Source of the DNA: a virus | Reading direction: 5' to 3' (one strand) | Length of the DNA: 64,000 nucleotides | IMG/VR virus record: IMGVR_UViG_3300023223_000669 | Coordinates: 32,001 to 96,000 of that record | Shown: positions 43,284 through 52,791 of the stretch, piece by piece | How positions within the stretch are numbered: position 1 is the first letter of the stretch | Layout: each line of letters opens with the position of its first letter | Translations under genes and position numbers: made by a program | Notes under the pieces: generated by a model | What the model saw: the letters and a program-made list of their open reading frames with translations, nothing else | Told to the model about the DNA's origin: nothing | Database searches by the model: none

Positions 43284-45176
43284 ATGGGCATGAAATATCG
43301 TACAACAGTAATTGCTAGAGCAGACGTGGTAAAGCCTAACTCTGATGAGTTTAAGGCTATGGCCGCATCTCTCAAGGATCGCTATGGTTTCGATCTGAAA
43401 CCACAGATGGACTTGATGTATGTACGTTCGTGTCTAGTTTCTGCTGGAGCCGGTGTTGGTGTAAATGATAATGACGACATCTTCACTCGTGATGAAGCCT
43501 GGGCGGCTCGCCATACGCCCGTCTTGAAGCCATTTAACTGGCAGCATGAAGACAAAGATATCATTGGCGTAATGTATACGGTGCAGGCTCGTGCTGTTGA
43601 TAATGGTGACATTCTTGACATCAATGATGACACCACGCCTGACCGAGATTTTGACCTGTATGTAGAAGCAGCCATTTTTAGCTTAGTACACGAAGATCGT
43701 GCCGCCGAGATCGCAACTAGATCAAAGGGCGGTAATCTTTATGTGTCTATGGAAGCATGGTTTGATGATTACAACTACGGGCTATATGATAGCGAGACTG
43801 GTACTTTAGACCGTACCGTAGCTCGCAATGAGAAAACCAGTTTCCTTGACAAGCATTTGCGTGCGAACAGTGGGACTGGTATTTATCGTGATCCTGAATC
43901 CGATCAGGATATGCGGATCGGTCGCGTCCTAAGGTCCATTACCTTCGGAGGCTGTGGTTTTGTTGATCATCCCGCCAACAAGCGTTCTGTTATTGAGGCT
44001 GTTGAGCCTATGACTTCGTTTGGGGAGCGAGATACCGAATTGCAAATTGAAAGACTACTTGAAAGAGTAAAGGTTTTGGAATCTCAAGGAGAAGTTATCG
44101 AGGAGGTAACTCTAATGAATACTCAAGCTAGTAACCCGGGGACAAAGCCCGAGGAACTTACTGCGGCGGTCGATACTGCTCTCGATAAGAGAGACAAGGT
44201 TGCTGCGGAAAGACAGGCAAAGGCTTCTCTTGAAGCTCGTGCCTCTGAAGCTGAAGAGAAGGCTGGAAAGCTAGAAACTCAGGTTCAAGAACTGACAGAA
44301 GCTAAGGAAGCTAAGGAAGCCGAAGTACAGGCACTCCAAACTCAGATGGAAGAATACGGTCAAGCCGTTGATAGTCTGGTTCAGGAGCATACTGCTGCTG
44401 GTGCAACTAGCGATACTCCTGCTGAAATCGCTGCTATCGATGCAACGACTGATGGCGATGGTGCCTGGAAGGCCAAGCTTGCTTGGCTTGAAAAGTCAAC
44501 TGCTAAGCTAGCCACTCGTGCCGCTCGTGCTGATGAGCTGGAAACCCAGCTTGCTGAAGCCGAAGCAGTAGTTCGTGAGCAGGAAATTCGTAGTTTGCTC
44601 GGTGAGACCTTCTCCGAAGAAACTGTTGAAGTCATGATTACTCGTGCCGCTGATCTTGATGAGGAAGCTTATCAAGCATGGCGTGACGAAAAAGAACTCA
44701 TGGTTATCGAAATGGTTGCTGCTGCGAAGCATGCTAACGATAAGAAGCTTCCGCCGTTTATGCAGAAGAAGAAGAACGGCGAGGACAAGAATGGTAAGGA
44801 AGCTAAGGCGGAGAACCCGTTTAAAGCTCTCCTAGAGCAACGTCGTGTGGAAAGTGGATCGGCTTCGCCCGATACGCCGCCGATGTTGTCGGACAGAATT
44901 AATCCTCCTGGAGACGATGGCGTCAAGAGTGGCGTTACTCCCGCTTCTCCAGGTTTAAGTACACCGCGTCACAAGATTGCTGGCTCTGCCGGGGACGACC
45001 TTGCTGGACAGCTTGACAATGTTCAAGCTGATGGCGACGTTTCACTTGCCGGATCTCAAGCTGGTGATGATGGTGAAGGAGTTAATGCGTTTCGCGTTCT
45101 CGCGAGCGTCGTAGCTCCCGTAGAAGAAGAAGATGAAGGCTCGGACTCACGTCCGGACTTCGATCCCACTAAGTAA
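43284..45176 (+). CDS. prohead protease/scaffold fusion
   Basis: NDNDDIF, FNWQH, VSMEAWF, FGGCGFVDHPAN, then long acidic coiled coil; upstream of capsid genes. Confidence 0.75.
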   Translation: MGMKYRTTVIARADVVKPNSDEFKAMAASLKDRYGFDLKPQMDLMYVRSCLVSAGAGVGVNDNDDIFTRDEAWAARHTPVLKPFNWQHEDKDIIGVMYTVQARAVDNGDILDINDDTTPDRDFDLYVEAAIFSLVHEDRAAEIATRSKGGNLYVSMEAWFDDYNYGLYDSETGTLDRTVARNEKTSFLDKHLRANSGTGIYRDPESDQDMRIGRVLRSITFGGCGFVDHPANKRSVIEAVEPMTSFGERDTELQIERLLERVKVLESQGEVIEEVTLMNTQASNPGTKPEELTAAVDTALDKRDKVAAERQAKASLEARASEAEEKAGKLETQVQELTEAKEAKEAEVQALQTQMEEYGQAVDSLVQEHTAAGATSDTPAEIAAIDATTDGDGAWKAKLAWLEKSTAKLATRAARADELETQLAEAEAVVREQEIRSLLGETFSEETVEVMITRAADLDEEAYQAWRDEKELMVIEMVAAAKHANDKKLPPFMQKKKNGEDKNGKEAKAENPFKALLEQRRVESGSASPDTPPMLSDRINPPGDDGVKSGVTPASPGLSTPRHKIAGSAGDDLAGQLDNVQADGDVSLAGSQAGDDGEGVNAFRVLASVVAPVEEEDEGSDSRPDFDPTK

Positions 45177-45188
45177 AGGAGGCTAGAA

Positions 45189-45656
45189 ATGGCTTTATTG
45201 CAATCTCGACAGACGCAGCATACTAATATTGACTGCTCTGTTTCTGGTGTTGCTGAACGTGGTGGTATTCTATCTTTCGTTCCCGGTGTTGCTGGTCTCT
45301 GTGAATATGCGGATGCTACCGCTGTTTCGGGGGCATTATCCAACCCTGCTGGTCTATTGCTTGATGATGTAGAAGCTCTTAACTACTACAACCATCCTGA
45401 GTACCGTCAGCGTAACGTTGTTCCGCAAGGAAGCGTGGTTGGTATTGCTACCGAAGGTGAGTTCCTCACTGACATGGTTGAGACAGCAACGGCCGATGGA
45501 GCGTCTGTAGGTACCTATGTTCCTGGCGACGACTTGTTTTTGGCGGATGATGGCAACGTAAGTCGCCAGCAGATCGCTGCCTTGCGTCCTTCCGTTGGTA
45601 AAGCCCTTGCGGCCATTACTGCTGACGGCTTCCTCAAGATCCGCGTGGAACTATAA
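45189..45656 (+). CDS. capsid decoration/stabilising protein
   Basis: directly before MCP; GLLLDDV...VGIATEG. Confidence 0.65.
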   Translation: MALLQSRQTQHTNIDCSVSGVAERGGILSFVPGVAGLCEYADATAVSGALSNPAGLLLDDVEALNYYNHPEYRQRNVVPQGSVVGIATEGEFLTDMVETATADGASVGTYVPGDDLFLADDGNVSRQQIAALRPSVGKALAAITADGFLKIRVEL

Positions 45657-45667
45657 GGAGACCTCAA

Positions 45668-46693
45668 ATGAATTATCAACGTTATCCGCAAGAAGCAATT
45701 GACGCCCTGCGTGCAACTGCTGCACCGGACTCTGATGTCCGTGCTCGTGCTCAAAAGGCTTTTGCCGCTGAGCTAAATTCGCCCCTTCGTCAAGGGGTTT
45801 TTGATCGTGACAACCTAGGTGGCATTTACGAGAAGCAAGTCCTTGCTCCTGGTGCTCAAGCCAACTACCCGCTCGACTTCGTAAAGCCGGGTGAAGAAGA
45901 TGAATTCATCGCCTTCACTTTGCCGAAGCAGGGTCGTGTGCCGGAACGTCACGTCGAAGGCGACGAGTTGTGGGTGCCGACATTCCAGATCGGCAACGCA
46001 ATCGACTGGTCGCTTAAGTATGCTAAGGAAGCTCGTTTCGACGTTATTATGCGTGCGATTCGTGTTTACGAGGCTGGTTTTGTTCGTAAGATTAACTCTG
46101 ATGGTTGGCGTACCCTGCTTGGTGCTGCTGATGGTCGTGGCCTCACGGTTTCGGCTACCGGTGCTGCTCCGTTCACGGGTTCCACGCTCGCCCCGACTCC
46201 TGCTGCTGGTCAGTTCACCAAAGAACTTATTAGCCGTATGAAGACCGCGATGACTCGTGGTGCGGGCGGTAATGGTAACGCTGGGCGTCTGACTGATGTT
46301 TACCTTAGCCTTGAGGCGATGGAAGACATTCGTGCGTGGGATGTAGACGAAATTGACGAGTTCACTCGTCGTGAAATCTTCGTTTCGCGTGAGTATGGTC
46401 TTGCCCAAATTTACGGCGTTGTTCTTCATGAGATGACCGAGCTTGGCGAAGGTCAGGAGTACGAGGAATTCCTCGAAGTTACTCTTGCCCGTGCCCACAC
46501 TGGTTCGCTCTTGGAGTACTGCATCGGTCTTGACCTGTCCACAATGGACAGCATGGTCATGCCGATCCGTGAAGAACTCCAGACTTTCGAAGACCCGGCT
46601 CTCTACAGAGAGCAACGTGCGGGCATCTTCGGCTGGATGGAGCACGGTTTCGCCGTACTTGATCCGCGTCGTATCCTGATTGGCGAATTCTAA
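45668..46693 (+). CDS. major capsid protein (HK97 fold)
   Basis: 341 aa, strong RBS and biased codons, followed by terminator; GWMEHGFAVLDPRRI. Confidence 0.85.
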   Translation: MNYQRYPQEAIDALRATAAPDSDVRARAQKAFAAELNSPLRQGVFDRDNLGGIYEKQVLAPGAQANYPLDFVKPGEEDEFIAFTLPKQGRVPERHVEGDELWVPTFQIGNAIDWSLKYAKEARFDVIMRAIRVYEAGFVRKINSDGWRTLLGAADGRGLTVSATGAAPFTGSTLAPTPAAGQFTKELISRMKTAMTRGAGGNGNAGRLTDVYLSLEAMEDIRAWDVDEIDEFTRREIFVSREYGLAQIYGVVLHEMTELGEGQEYEEFLEVTLARAHTGSLLEYCIGLDLSTMDSMVMPIREELQTFEDPALYREQRAGIFGWMEHGFAVLDPRRILIGEF

Positions 46694-46717
46694 GCCGAAC
46701 AGCGACAGCTAGATCCT

Positions 46718-46757
46718 AAGGGGGCGGTAGGGTGTGAATCCTACTGCCCCCTTTGCT
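46718..46757 (+). terminator. terminator after MCP
   Basis: AAGGGGGCGGTAGG...CCTACTGCCCCCTT. Confidence 0.75.
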
Positions 46758-46766
46758 TAGTGTATT
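46758..46766 (+). promoter_or_regulatory. candidate late promoter TAGTGTATT (also 19, 37918, 41309, 43270 variant, 50752)
   Basis: recurs at gene junctions in sense orientation. Confidence 0.6.
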
Positions 46767-46810
46767 CTTTAGTAGGTCTCACGCACAGGCACTTTAAACA
46801 GTAAATCATC

Positions 46811-47683
46811 ATGGCTGGCGAAACAAAAGTATTAACAGTGGGTCAGGCAGCTTCGGCACTTGATATCTTTTTGTCTGCTAACGGAACGGCCGTGAGTGGA
46901 CAAAATGTTGGCTTCGAGTTGTTTGATGCAGCGAACGTATCTGCCGCCAGTGGTGTTGCATTGAATCCAGCCTTGGGAACATACCAAGCTGCGGGATCTA
47001 TTCCCGCCGGATTCCAGATTGGCACATGGCGTGTGGAGTGGAATATCATTACAGCGGCCTTGGAGCTTGTGACAGCTACCGAGCCCTTCTGTGTGCAAGC
47101 CATTCAAGTTACTATTGGCTTTGTGCCAACAACCGATAAGACTAGTACGATCTATGAGGCCGTACGTTTAGATATTGGCGACCCTGACGGACAGGTATTC
47201 AATGATGATTTCCTCAAAAGGAATCTCACGAAAGCCGTGCGTAGACTTAACCACCGTCTCGGATTGTCACCCACCGCACGACCTAAAGGTATTCCTGGTG
47301 GTTTCGGTGGGCCTCGTTTGAAAGTTTCCCCCATTGTTGCCGATGTAGAAGCTGGCACAATCACGCCTTGTAATGATGAAATACAAGATTTGATGATTTT
47401 ACAGATGGAATATATCATTATTTCAAGTGAACTCACTGCACTTAAACGTTTGGCTGCTACCTCTAGCTCTGGTCCTTATGCTGGTTTAGTTGGTTCTGCT
47501 AGTCAGGATGGTATCTCGGTAACCAACGCGGACGGCATAAAAGTTTCGATTTCTCCCGGTCGTTTAAATGTCAGGGCTGACTTGCATAAATTTGATGTCA
47601 AGCGTCGTGGCGAAGAACTAGAAGCAGCCATAAGAGCATTTTTGAATAGAATGACTGCTAATTTTGGCAAGCTAATCTATTAA
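46811..47683 (+). CDS. head-tail adaptor-like protein
   Basis: after MCP; AVRLDIGDPDGQVFNDD. Confidence 0.6.
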   Translation: MAGETKVLTVGQAASALDIFLSANGTAVSGQNVGFELFDAANVSAASGVALNPALGTYQAAGSIPAGFQIGTWRVEWNIITAALELVTATEPFCVQAIQVTIGFVPTTDKTSTIYEAVRLDIGDPDGQVFNDDFLKRNLTKAVRRLNHRLGLSPTARPKGIPGGFGGPRLKVSPIVADVEAGTITPCNDEIQDLMILQMEYIIISSELTALKRLAATSSSGPYAGLVGSASQDGISVTNADGIKVSISPGRLNVRADLHKFDVKRRGEELEAAIRAFLNRMTANFGKLIY

Positions 47684-48288
47684 TGTTTAATAAAACTTGT
47701 AAACATTGTGACGGGGATTTTGTTGCACAGAACGTGCGATTATTGTATTGTTCTGTCAAGTGCAAAAACAAACTCAAGTCTGAGAAGATCATGGCTAAAC
47801 GTTGTAGTAATAAAGATGCCTACAATGCTTATCAAAGACAATGGCGTTCAAAAAATTCAAATCATTGTAGCCAATGGGAGAAAGATAGATATGCCACTAA
47901 CGAGCGTGTACGTGAACAAAAAATAAAAGCTGCTAAAAAATGGCACAGGAACAATCTTGAACGCAGCCGTGAAAACAACAGGCGGTATTATTTGGCCAAC
48001 TACGAAAGATTCGCTGCTGCCAATCTGGCCCGCCATTCACGTCAACCCATGGACAAAGAACTTGTCTTGCAGATTTTTGAAGAAGACAACTATACATGTG
48101 TTTATTGTAGTGTTCGTGGAGGCAAGCTGACCATTGATCACAAGATCCCCGTATCGTGCGGCGGTACTAATGATCGTAACAATCTGTGTACGGCATGTCA
48201 CCGATGCAACTGTTCCAAGGGTGCAAAGACTGTTCAAGAATTTGAACAATATATGTTAGAGGTATTGTATAGTGCTTGTGTTTTGTAA
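47683..48288 (+). CDS. HNH endonuclease
   Basis: CVYC...TIDHKIPVSCGGTNDRNNLCTACHRCNCSKG. Confidence 0.9.
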   Translation: MFNKTCKHCDGDFVAQNVRLLYCSVKCKNKLKSEKIMAKRCSNKDAYNAYQRQWRSKNSNHCSQWEKDRYATNERVREQKIKAAKKWHRNNLERSRENNRRYYLANYERFAAANLARHSRQPMDKELVLQIFEEDNYTCVYCSVRGGKLTIDHKIPVSCGGTNDRNNLCTACHRCNCSKGAKTVQEFEQYMLEVLYSACVL

Positions 48289-48616
48289 AAACCCCCGTGG
48301 TATTCTGCATCTACATAGTTTTAGAATCCATGGACGCGAGACCAAGTACAAACCCTGTGACATTCCATTCGATCTTTACAACGCAAACAAAGACGCATTG
48401 GTCGATGGCACCTATCGAGAGATCACTCTTCGTGGTCTATTCGGTGTTACATTTCCTGAAATTGCTTTCACATATAACGAAATTCGTTGGCTTCCAGAAA
48501 GAACATTAGATACAATAGGCCCTCTCATGGTCGATCAGTATGATTCAACATGGTCTCATAAGAAAAAAACTGATCAAATCAAGGTAGCACTTCGCAATGT
48601 CTCTCCGTCCTCTTAG
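48272..48616 (+). CDS. hypothetical protein
   Basis: ORF in neck region. Confidence 0.55.
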   Translation: MLVFCKNPRGILHLHSFRIHGRETKYKPCDIPFDLYNANKDALVDGTYREITLRGLFGVTFPEIAFTYNEIRWLPERTLDTIGPLMVDQYDSTWSHKKKTDQIKVALRNVSPSS

Positions 48617-49172
48617 ACAGACCGAACAGGTCAACATCGATTTCATCACTCCTCATACACAGGAAAGGGGTGGATGTCTAAGCTTTGTACTATCTTCTGG
48701 TCTGTTTATTGTAGAGTATGCGGCAAATCCCAGCGGACTAAAGACACTAGGTATTCAGCTCAATGATATTGAGAACATGAACCTATCCCGACAATACCAT
48801 CGGACATATTCTCATCCGGCCGCTACAACCGACGTGCCTTGCGGTATTGTCGGGGTAGCAATCCAAGGAGATTTCATTACTGATTGGTTGGAATTAGTGG
48901 GCACCGTATTTCCGGGCGATGCCGCCTTTGCTGGTCCTAGCGGTACCTTCACCAATGTTGCTACGGGCGGTGGGCAGAGAATTGGTAAATTCATTGGTGT
49001 GCTAGATCCTGATCCACACACGGTAACGTGGCGTGGTCTTGGGTTTAGCCGACTGTTTGTAGACCCTTGTGATAAAAAGCAGAAATGGGAAAACAATCCT
49101 GCTGATGCTATACATATTGTTTCGCCGGGGTATATTAAGATTCGTGTAGATTTTGGTGCGAGTAATAGATAA
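48597..49172 (+). CDS. paralog of capsid decoration protein 45189-45656
   Basis: VEYA...GIQLNDIE...VGVAIQGDFITD versus CEYA...GLLLDDVE...VGIATEGEFLTD. Confidence 0.65.
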   Translation: MSLRPLRQTEQVNIDFITPHTQERGGCLSFVLSSGLFIVEYAANPSGLKTLGIQLNDIENMNLSRQYHRTYSHPAATTDVPCGIVGVAIQGDFITDWLELVGTVFPGDAAFAGPSGTFTNVATGGGQRIGKFIGVLDPDPHTVTWRGLGFSRLFVDPCDKKQKWENNPADAIHIVSPGYIKIRVDFGASNR

Positions 49173-49711
49173 TGGTTCTTTTACCCAACAATGAGAATTT
49201 TGCTGCTGCGAGTGGCATTATCGATTCTGATTTCTTGGAGTCTATTTATCATTCCTTGATGGACGAGACGTACGTTGATTTGGGCCGTACTGTGATATTG
49301 CATCTTGATCCGGCGGTTGAGCAGGATGTAGTGACGCAAGCTCAGGCAGCCCCCCAGATGTACAATCCGTTTTTTGGGCGTACGCCTGTGCCACAGATAA
49401 ATACACGTAATCCTGGTGTCAAAATCACGCACCGTGATGTGCAGTACGAAGCACAAATTCGCATTGGTCCTATCAAGGCAGATGAGGACACTCAGGGCAT
49501 TGGCGACCTTGCCGAAAATGAAGCCATGATCACGCTGGTTATCGAATCACTACCCCATCTGAAACAGACACAGACCATTAGTATTGAAGGACGACGTTAC
49601 AAGCTTGACAATACTCGTCCTATTGGGTTCATTCAGAGACGCTATATCATGGTGAAACTGACCGAGACCCAAGAGAGGGAACCTCCCACACCCACTAACA
49701 CGATTGGTTAA
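49172..49711 (+). CDS. neck/head-closure-like protein
   Basis: position; SIEGRRYKL. Confidence 0.5.
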   Translation: MVLLPNNENFAAASGIIDSDFLESIYHSLMDETYVDLGRTVILHLDPAVEQDVVTQAQAAPQMYNPFFGRTPVPQINTRNPGVKITHRDVQYEAQIRIGPIKADEDTQGIGDLAENEAMITLVIESLPHLKQTQTISIEGRRYKLDNTRPIGFIQRRYIMVKLTETQEREPPTPTNTIG

Positions 49712-49713
49712 CC

Positions 49714-50739
49714 ATGGGCCTGGAATATAAATTACGCAGCTTGCTCAAGCTCAACTATAAACTCTTCGCGGACATGCACATGCTTCGTGAGGGGGCGTTT
49801 ACTAGTATTGCAAGTGGTGACACGTTCTATGATGGTCGTCCATTGAGTTTGTTGTTACCAGATACAACGTCAGACGATTTATTTGTCGCCATAGGCGACG
49901 GCCAAGTCTGGCAGTCTCCTTATCGTCAGTGGGTGTATGAATCTGGTGTACCTCTTGATGGTACCAATGTTCCAGCTCCTCCTGTTGTTGCTTCTGGTGT
50001 CTTCATTGAAGGTGCTTTCCGTGGAGTAGAAGATCCGACGTTCGGGCATACCATTGATTATACCAATGGCCGTATCATCTTTAATACGCCGCAGTCTTTG
50101 GACTTAGAGGTTCATGCGGATTTCTCTGCACGAGATGTGCGTATTACTTTCGAGCACCAATTCAATCAACAGTTTATCAATGGTGTACTAGAGACACAAT
50201 ACTTTACCAACCCACTCACGTCGATGCAGTTGGTGTATCCGTCTGGTAGAATTCAGAATTTTCCAGCGGTCTTTATAGAAGTAGACAGACGAACACTTGA
50301 AGGATATGAGCTTGGCAATCGTAGTGCGATCATTACGGACGAAGTGAAGTTTCATATCTGGGCTTTGGATGACATGCAGCGTGATAACATCGTAGACATC
50401 TTGACTGGTCAGTGGCGTAAGTCTCTGCCCATGATTGATTTTAACATTGCACCTCTGCCACTGTCTGGGATTTTCAACACCCTATCTCCTGAATATGTAC
50501 CATATCAAGAAATGCTACGCAATAGGGAATTGATTACGACGATTGGGTCTGGTGTACCTATCAAATATATGTCTTATATCGATGAAGTGGACAGTATGAA
50601 TCTACCACCAGCCGAAGAGTACGAAAGAGCCCTCGTGACGTATCATGTTAAGGTTTTCCTGAATGCTCCGACAACGCCGCTGGGACATCTGTTTGGGCCT
50701 ATCACAACCCTCCCCACCATACAGGATCCAGGCATCTAG
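49714..50739 (+). CDS. tail completion/terminator-like protein
   Basis: before major tail gene; FPAVFIE...KFHIWALDDMQRDNIVD. Confidence 0.55.
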   Translation: MGLEYKLRSLLKLNYKLFADMHMLREGAFTSIASGDTFYDGRPLSLLLPDTTSDDLFVAIGDGQVWQSPYRQWVYESGVPLDGTNVPAPPVVASGVFIEGAFRGVEDPTFGHTIDYTNGRIIFNTPQSLDLEVHADFSARDVRITFEHQFNQQFINGVLETQYFTNPLTSMQLVYPSGRIQNFPAVFIEVDRRTLEGYELGNRSAIITDEVKFHIWALDDMQRDNIVDILTGQWRKSLPMIDFNIAPLPLSGIFNTLSPEYVPYQEMLRNRELITTIGSGVPIKYMSYIDEVDSMNLPPAEEYERALVTYHVKVFLNAPTTPLGHLFGPITTLPTIQDPGI

Positions 50740-50760
50740 ACGCCTTATATTTAGTGTATT

Positions 50761-51210
50761 ATGAAAGTGATGGGAACTCACATTTGCGAATGGGGTCTTT
50801 GTGGCCGACTCGTGCAGGAGACCAACAAACGCACAGGGAAATCTTACATTTACTGTAAGCCCCATAGGGATGGTCGTAAGGGTACTAAGCACGCTTATTA
50901 TTTAAAGAACAAGAAGAAGTGTAACGAGAGATCTAGAGCCGACTGGCGAGATGCTCGCCGTCGCTTCTTCGAAATGTATGGAAACCATTGTATGTGTTGT
51001 GGCGTTGAGGGCGAAATTTTTCTAGCACTTGACCACATCAATGGTAATGGAAAAGAACACAGAGCAAAGAGAAGTAAAATTGGGGTTTATAAGGACGCCT
51101 TAGCTAAGCATCAACCTGACGAATACCAAGTGCTCTGTCATAATTGCAATTTTGCCAAATATCAAATGGGGAAGTGCCCCCACAGTGAGTATGCTTGCCT
51201 AGGGAGGTAA
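50761..51210 (+). CDS. HNH-like endonuclease
   Basis: CMCCG...LDHING...LCHNCN. Confidence 0.8.
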   Translation: MKVMGTHICEWGLCGRLVQETNKRTGKSYIYCKPHRDGRKGTKHAYYLKNKKKCNERSRADWRDARRRFFEMYGNHCMCCGVEGEIFLALDHINGNGKEHRAKRSKIGVYKDALAKHQPDEYQVLCHNCNFAKYQMGKCPHSEYACLGR

Positions 51211-51216
51211 CTGACC

Positions 51217-52632
51217 ATGGCCATTAATAATAGAGTTTTCTGGGCGATCGAGCAAGTCGCCATTAAAGATAACGCTGCTCCGCCGACTGGGGCCGTCGCT
51301 CCTGTTAACTCTCGCGAGTATATTACAGGACCGCTTGCTTCTGGTGTCGATGAGGTAGCTGGACTATGGGAAGTTCCCCGTGGTCTTCAAAGTATTGGTA
51401 TTAGCACGACTTTCAACCTAGAACAAGTTTTCCAGCTTGGTCAGGTTGAGTTGTACGAGTACTCGGAACGTCAACCGGACATTGAGGTTACGCTGTCGAA
51501 AGCTATCGACGGTACGAAGCCTTTGTACTTCATGGTGACGGACCCGGCCTCGGCCAACGACATTGTTGCTCGTACCGCAAACTATCGTACAGACATCGCC
51601 CTACAAATTTATCCTGATACTCAGTTCCGTGCTACGGGTCAACCGCAAGCCATCGTAACTGCATCGGGTTGTTATGTTTCCAACCTGTCTTACACTTTCC
51701 CGATTGATGGGTTTGTGTCAGAAGACGTAACGCTGGTTGGTAACGACAAGATTTGGGGTGCGATGGTTGCTGTCTCTGGTCAGACGGCTGGGCATGACGG
51801 TGGACAAGGTGCTGGAGAGCCTCTTGTTCTCTTCCCGTCTGAAGACGATGGTGAAAACCCCAATGCTCCTGAGGGTACGCCCTCTGGTGTCTTCGGTCAT
51901 GATGGTAACACTTCTGCTCTGCTAGAGGGTGGTGCTGCTGAATTGGCCGGTGGTGCTGACCGCTTTGGCGTGATCATCGTTGGTTCTGGTGTTCAGCGTC
52001 GTGAAGAGGTTGATATTGCTCGCTCGATCCTGCCGATGGATGTTCCGGGTATTCTTACTCCGGTACAGTCGGGTATTGATGGTGCGTTCGTCAATGGTGG
52101 TTTTGGTGCTCAAGGGCCGGGAACGGCACTTAATACTGACCAGCTTGTTGCCGACGCTAATACGGACTTTGTTGCCGAGCACATCCAGACCATTACGGTT
52201 TCGTTCTCGGTGGCCCGTGAGGACATTTTCGAGCTTGGCTCGAAGCGTCCATTCGTCAAGACGCCTGACTTCCCGCTGGAAGCTACGTGCTCTATCGAAG
52301 TAATCACGGCTCAAGGTGACCTTGTTGATGCGACATCGGATCAAGATTGTGGACCGGACAATACGTCTGAATCCAATACAATCATCCTCCGTACTTGCGA
52401 CGGTCTACAAGTTGACCTTGGTGATGCTAACCGTCTGACGGGTGTTGAAATGGGTGGTGGTGAAGCTGGTGGCGACAATATGACTGTCACCTACAACTAC
52501 AGCTCCTTCAACGTCTTCAATGTTTCGCACGACTTCTACCAGCCGAACCACCGTATCCTGGTGTTCCAGACTGGTCTGAGTCGTTTCAACGTGGGTTCTG
52601 TAAGCTTCCTGCGTACTGATCTGGGTATCTAA
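51217..52632 (+). CDS. major tail (tube) protein
   Basis: 471 aa Gly/Thr/Asp-rich, biased codons, followed by terminator. Confidence 0.7.
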   Translation: MAINNRVFWAIEQVAIKDNAAPPTGAVAPVNSREYITGPLASGVDEVAGLWEVPRGLQSIGISTTFNLEQVFQLGQVELYEYSERQPDIEVTLSKAIDGTKPLYFMVTDPASANDIVARTANYRTDIALQIYPDTQFRATGQPQAIVTASGCYVSNLSYTFPIDGFVSEDVTLVGNDKIWGAMVAVSGQTAGHDGGQGAGEPLVLFPSEDDGENPNAPEGTPSGVFGHDGNTSALLEGGAAELAGGADRFGVIIVGSGVQRREEVDIARSILPMDVPGILTPVQSGIDGAFVNGGFGAQGPGTALNTDQLVADANTDFVAEHIQTITVSFSVAREDIFELGSKRPFVKTPDFPLEATCSIEVITAQGDLVDATSDQDCGPDNTSESNTIILRTCDGLQVDLGDANRLTGVEMGGGEAGGDNMTVTYNYSSFNVFNVSHDFYQPNHRILVFQTGLSRFNVGSVSFLRTDLGI

Positions 52633-52647
52633 TCTAAGATATCCTTT

Positions 52648-52690
52648 GGGCGGCGGAGTGCCGGGGGGTCACTCCGCCGCCGTCTTTTCT
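52648..52690 (+). terminator. terminator after major tail gene
   Basis: GCGGCGGAGTG...CACTCCGCCGC then CTTTT. Confidence 0.75.
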
Positions 52691-52791
52691 ACCCCCGGTG
52701 CTAGGTACAATACGACTCCGCGTGATTATGCACGCTTGGGCAACCTATATGGTTGTCTGTCCTAGCACCGCTAACGCGGTGCTTTTTTATT

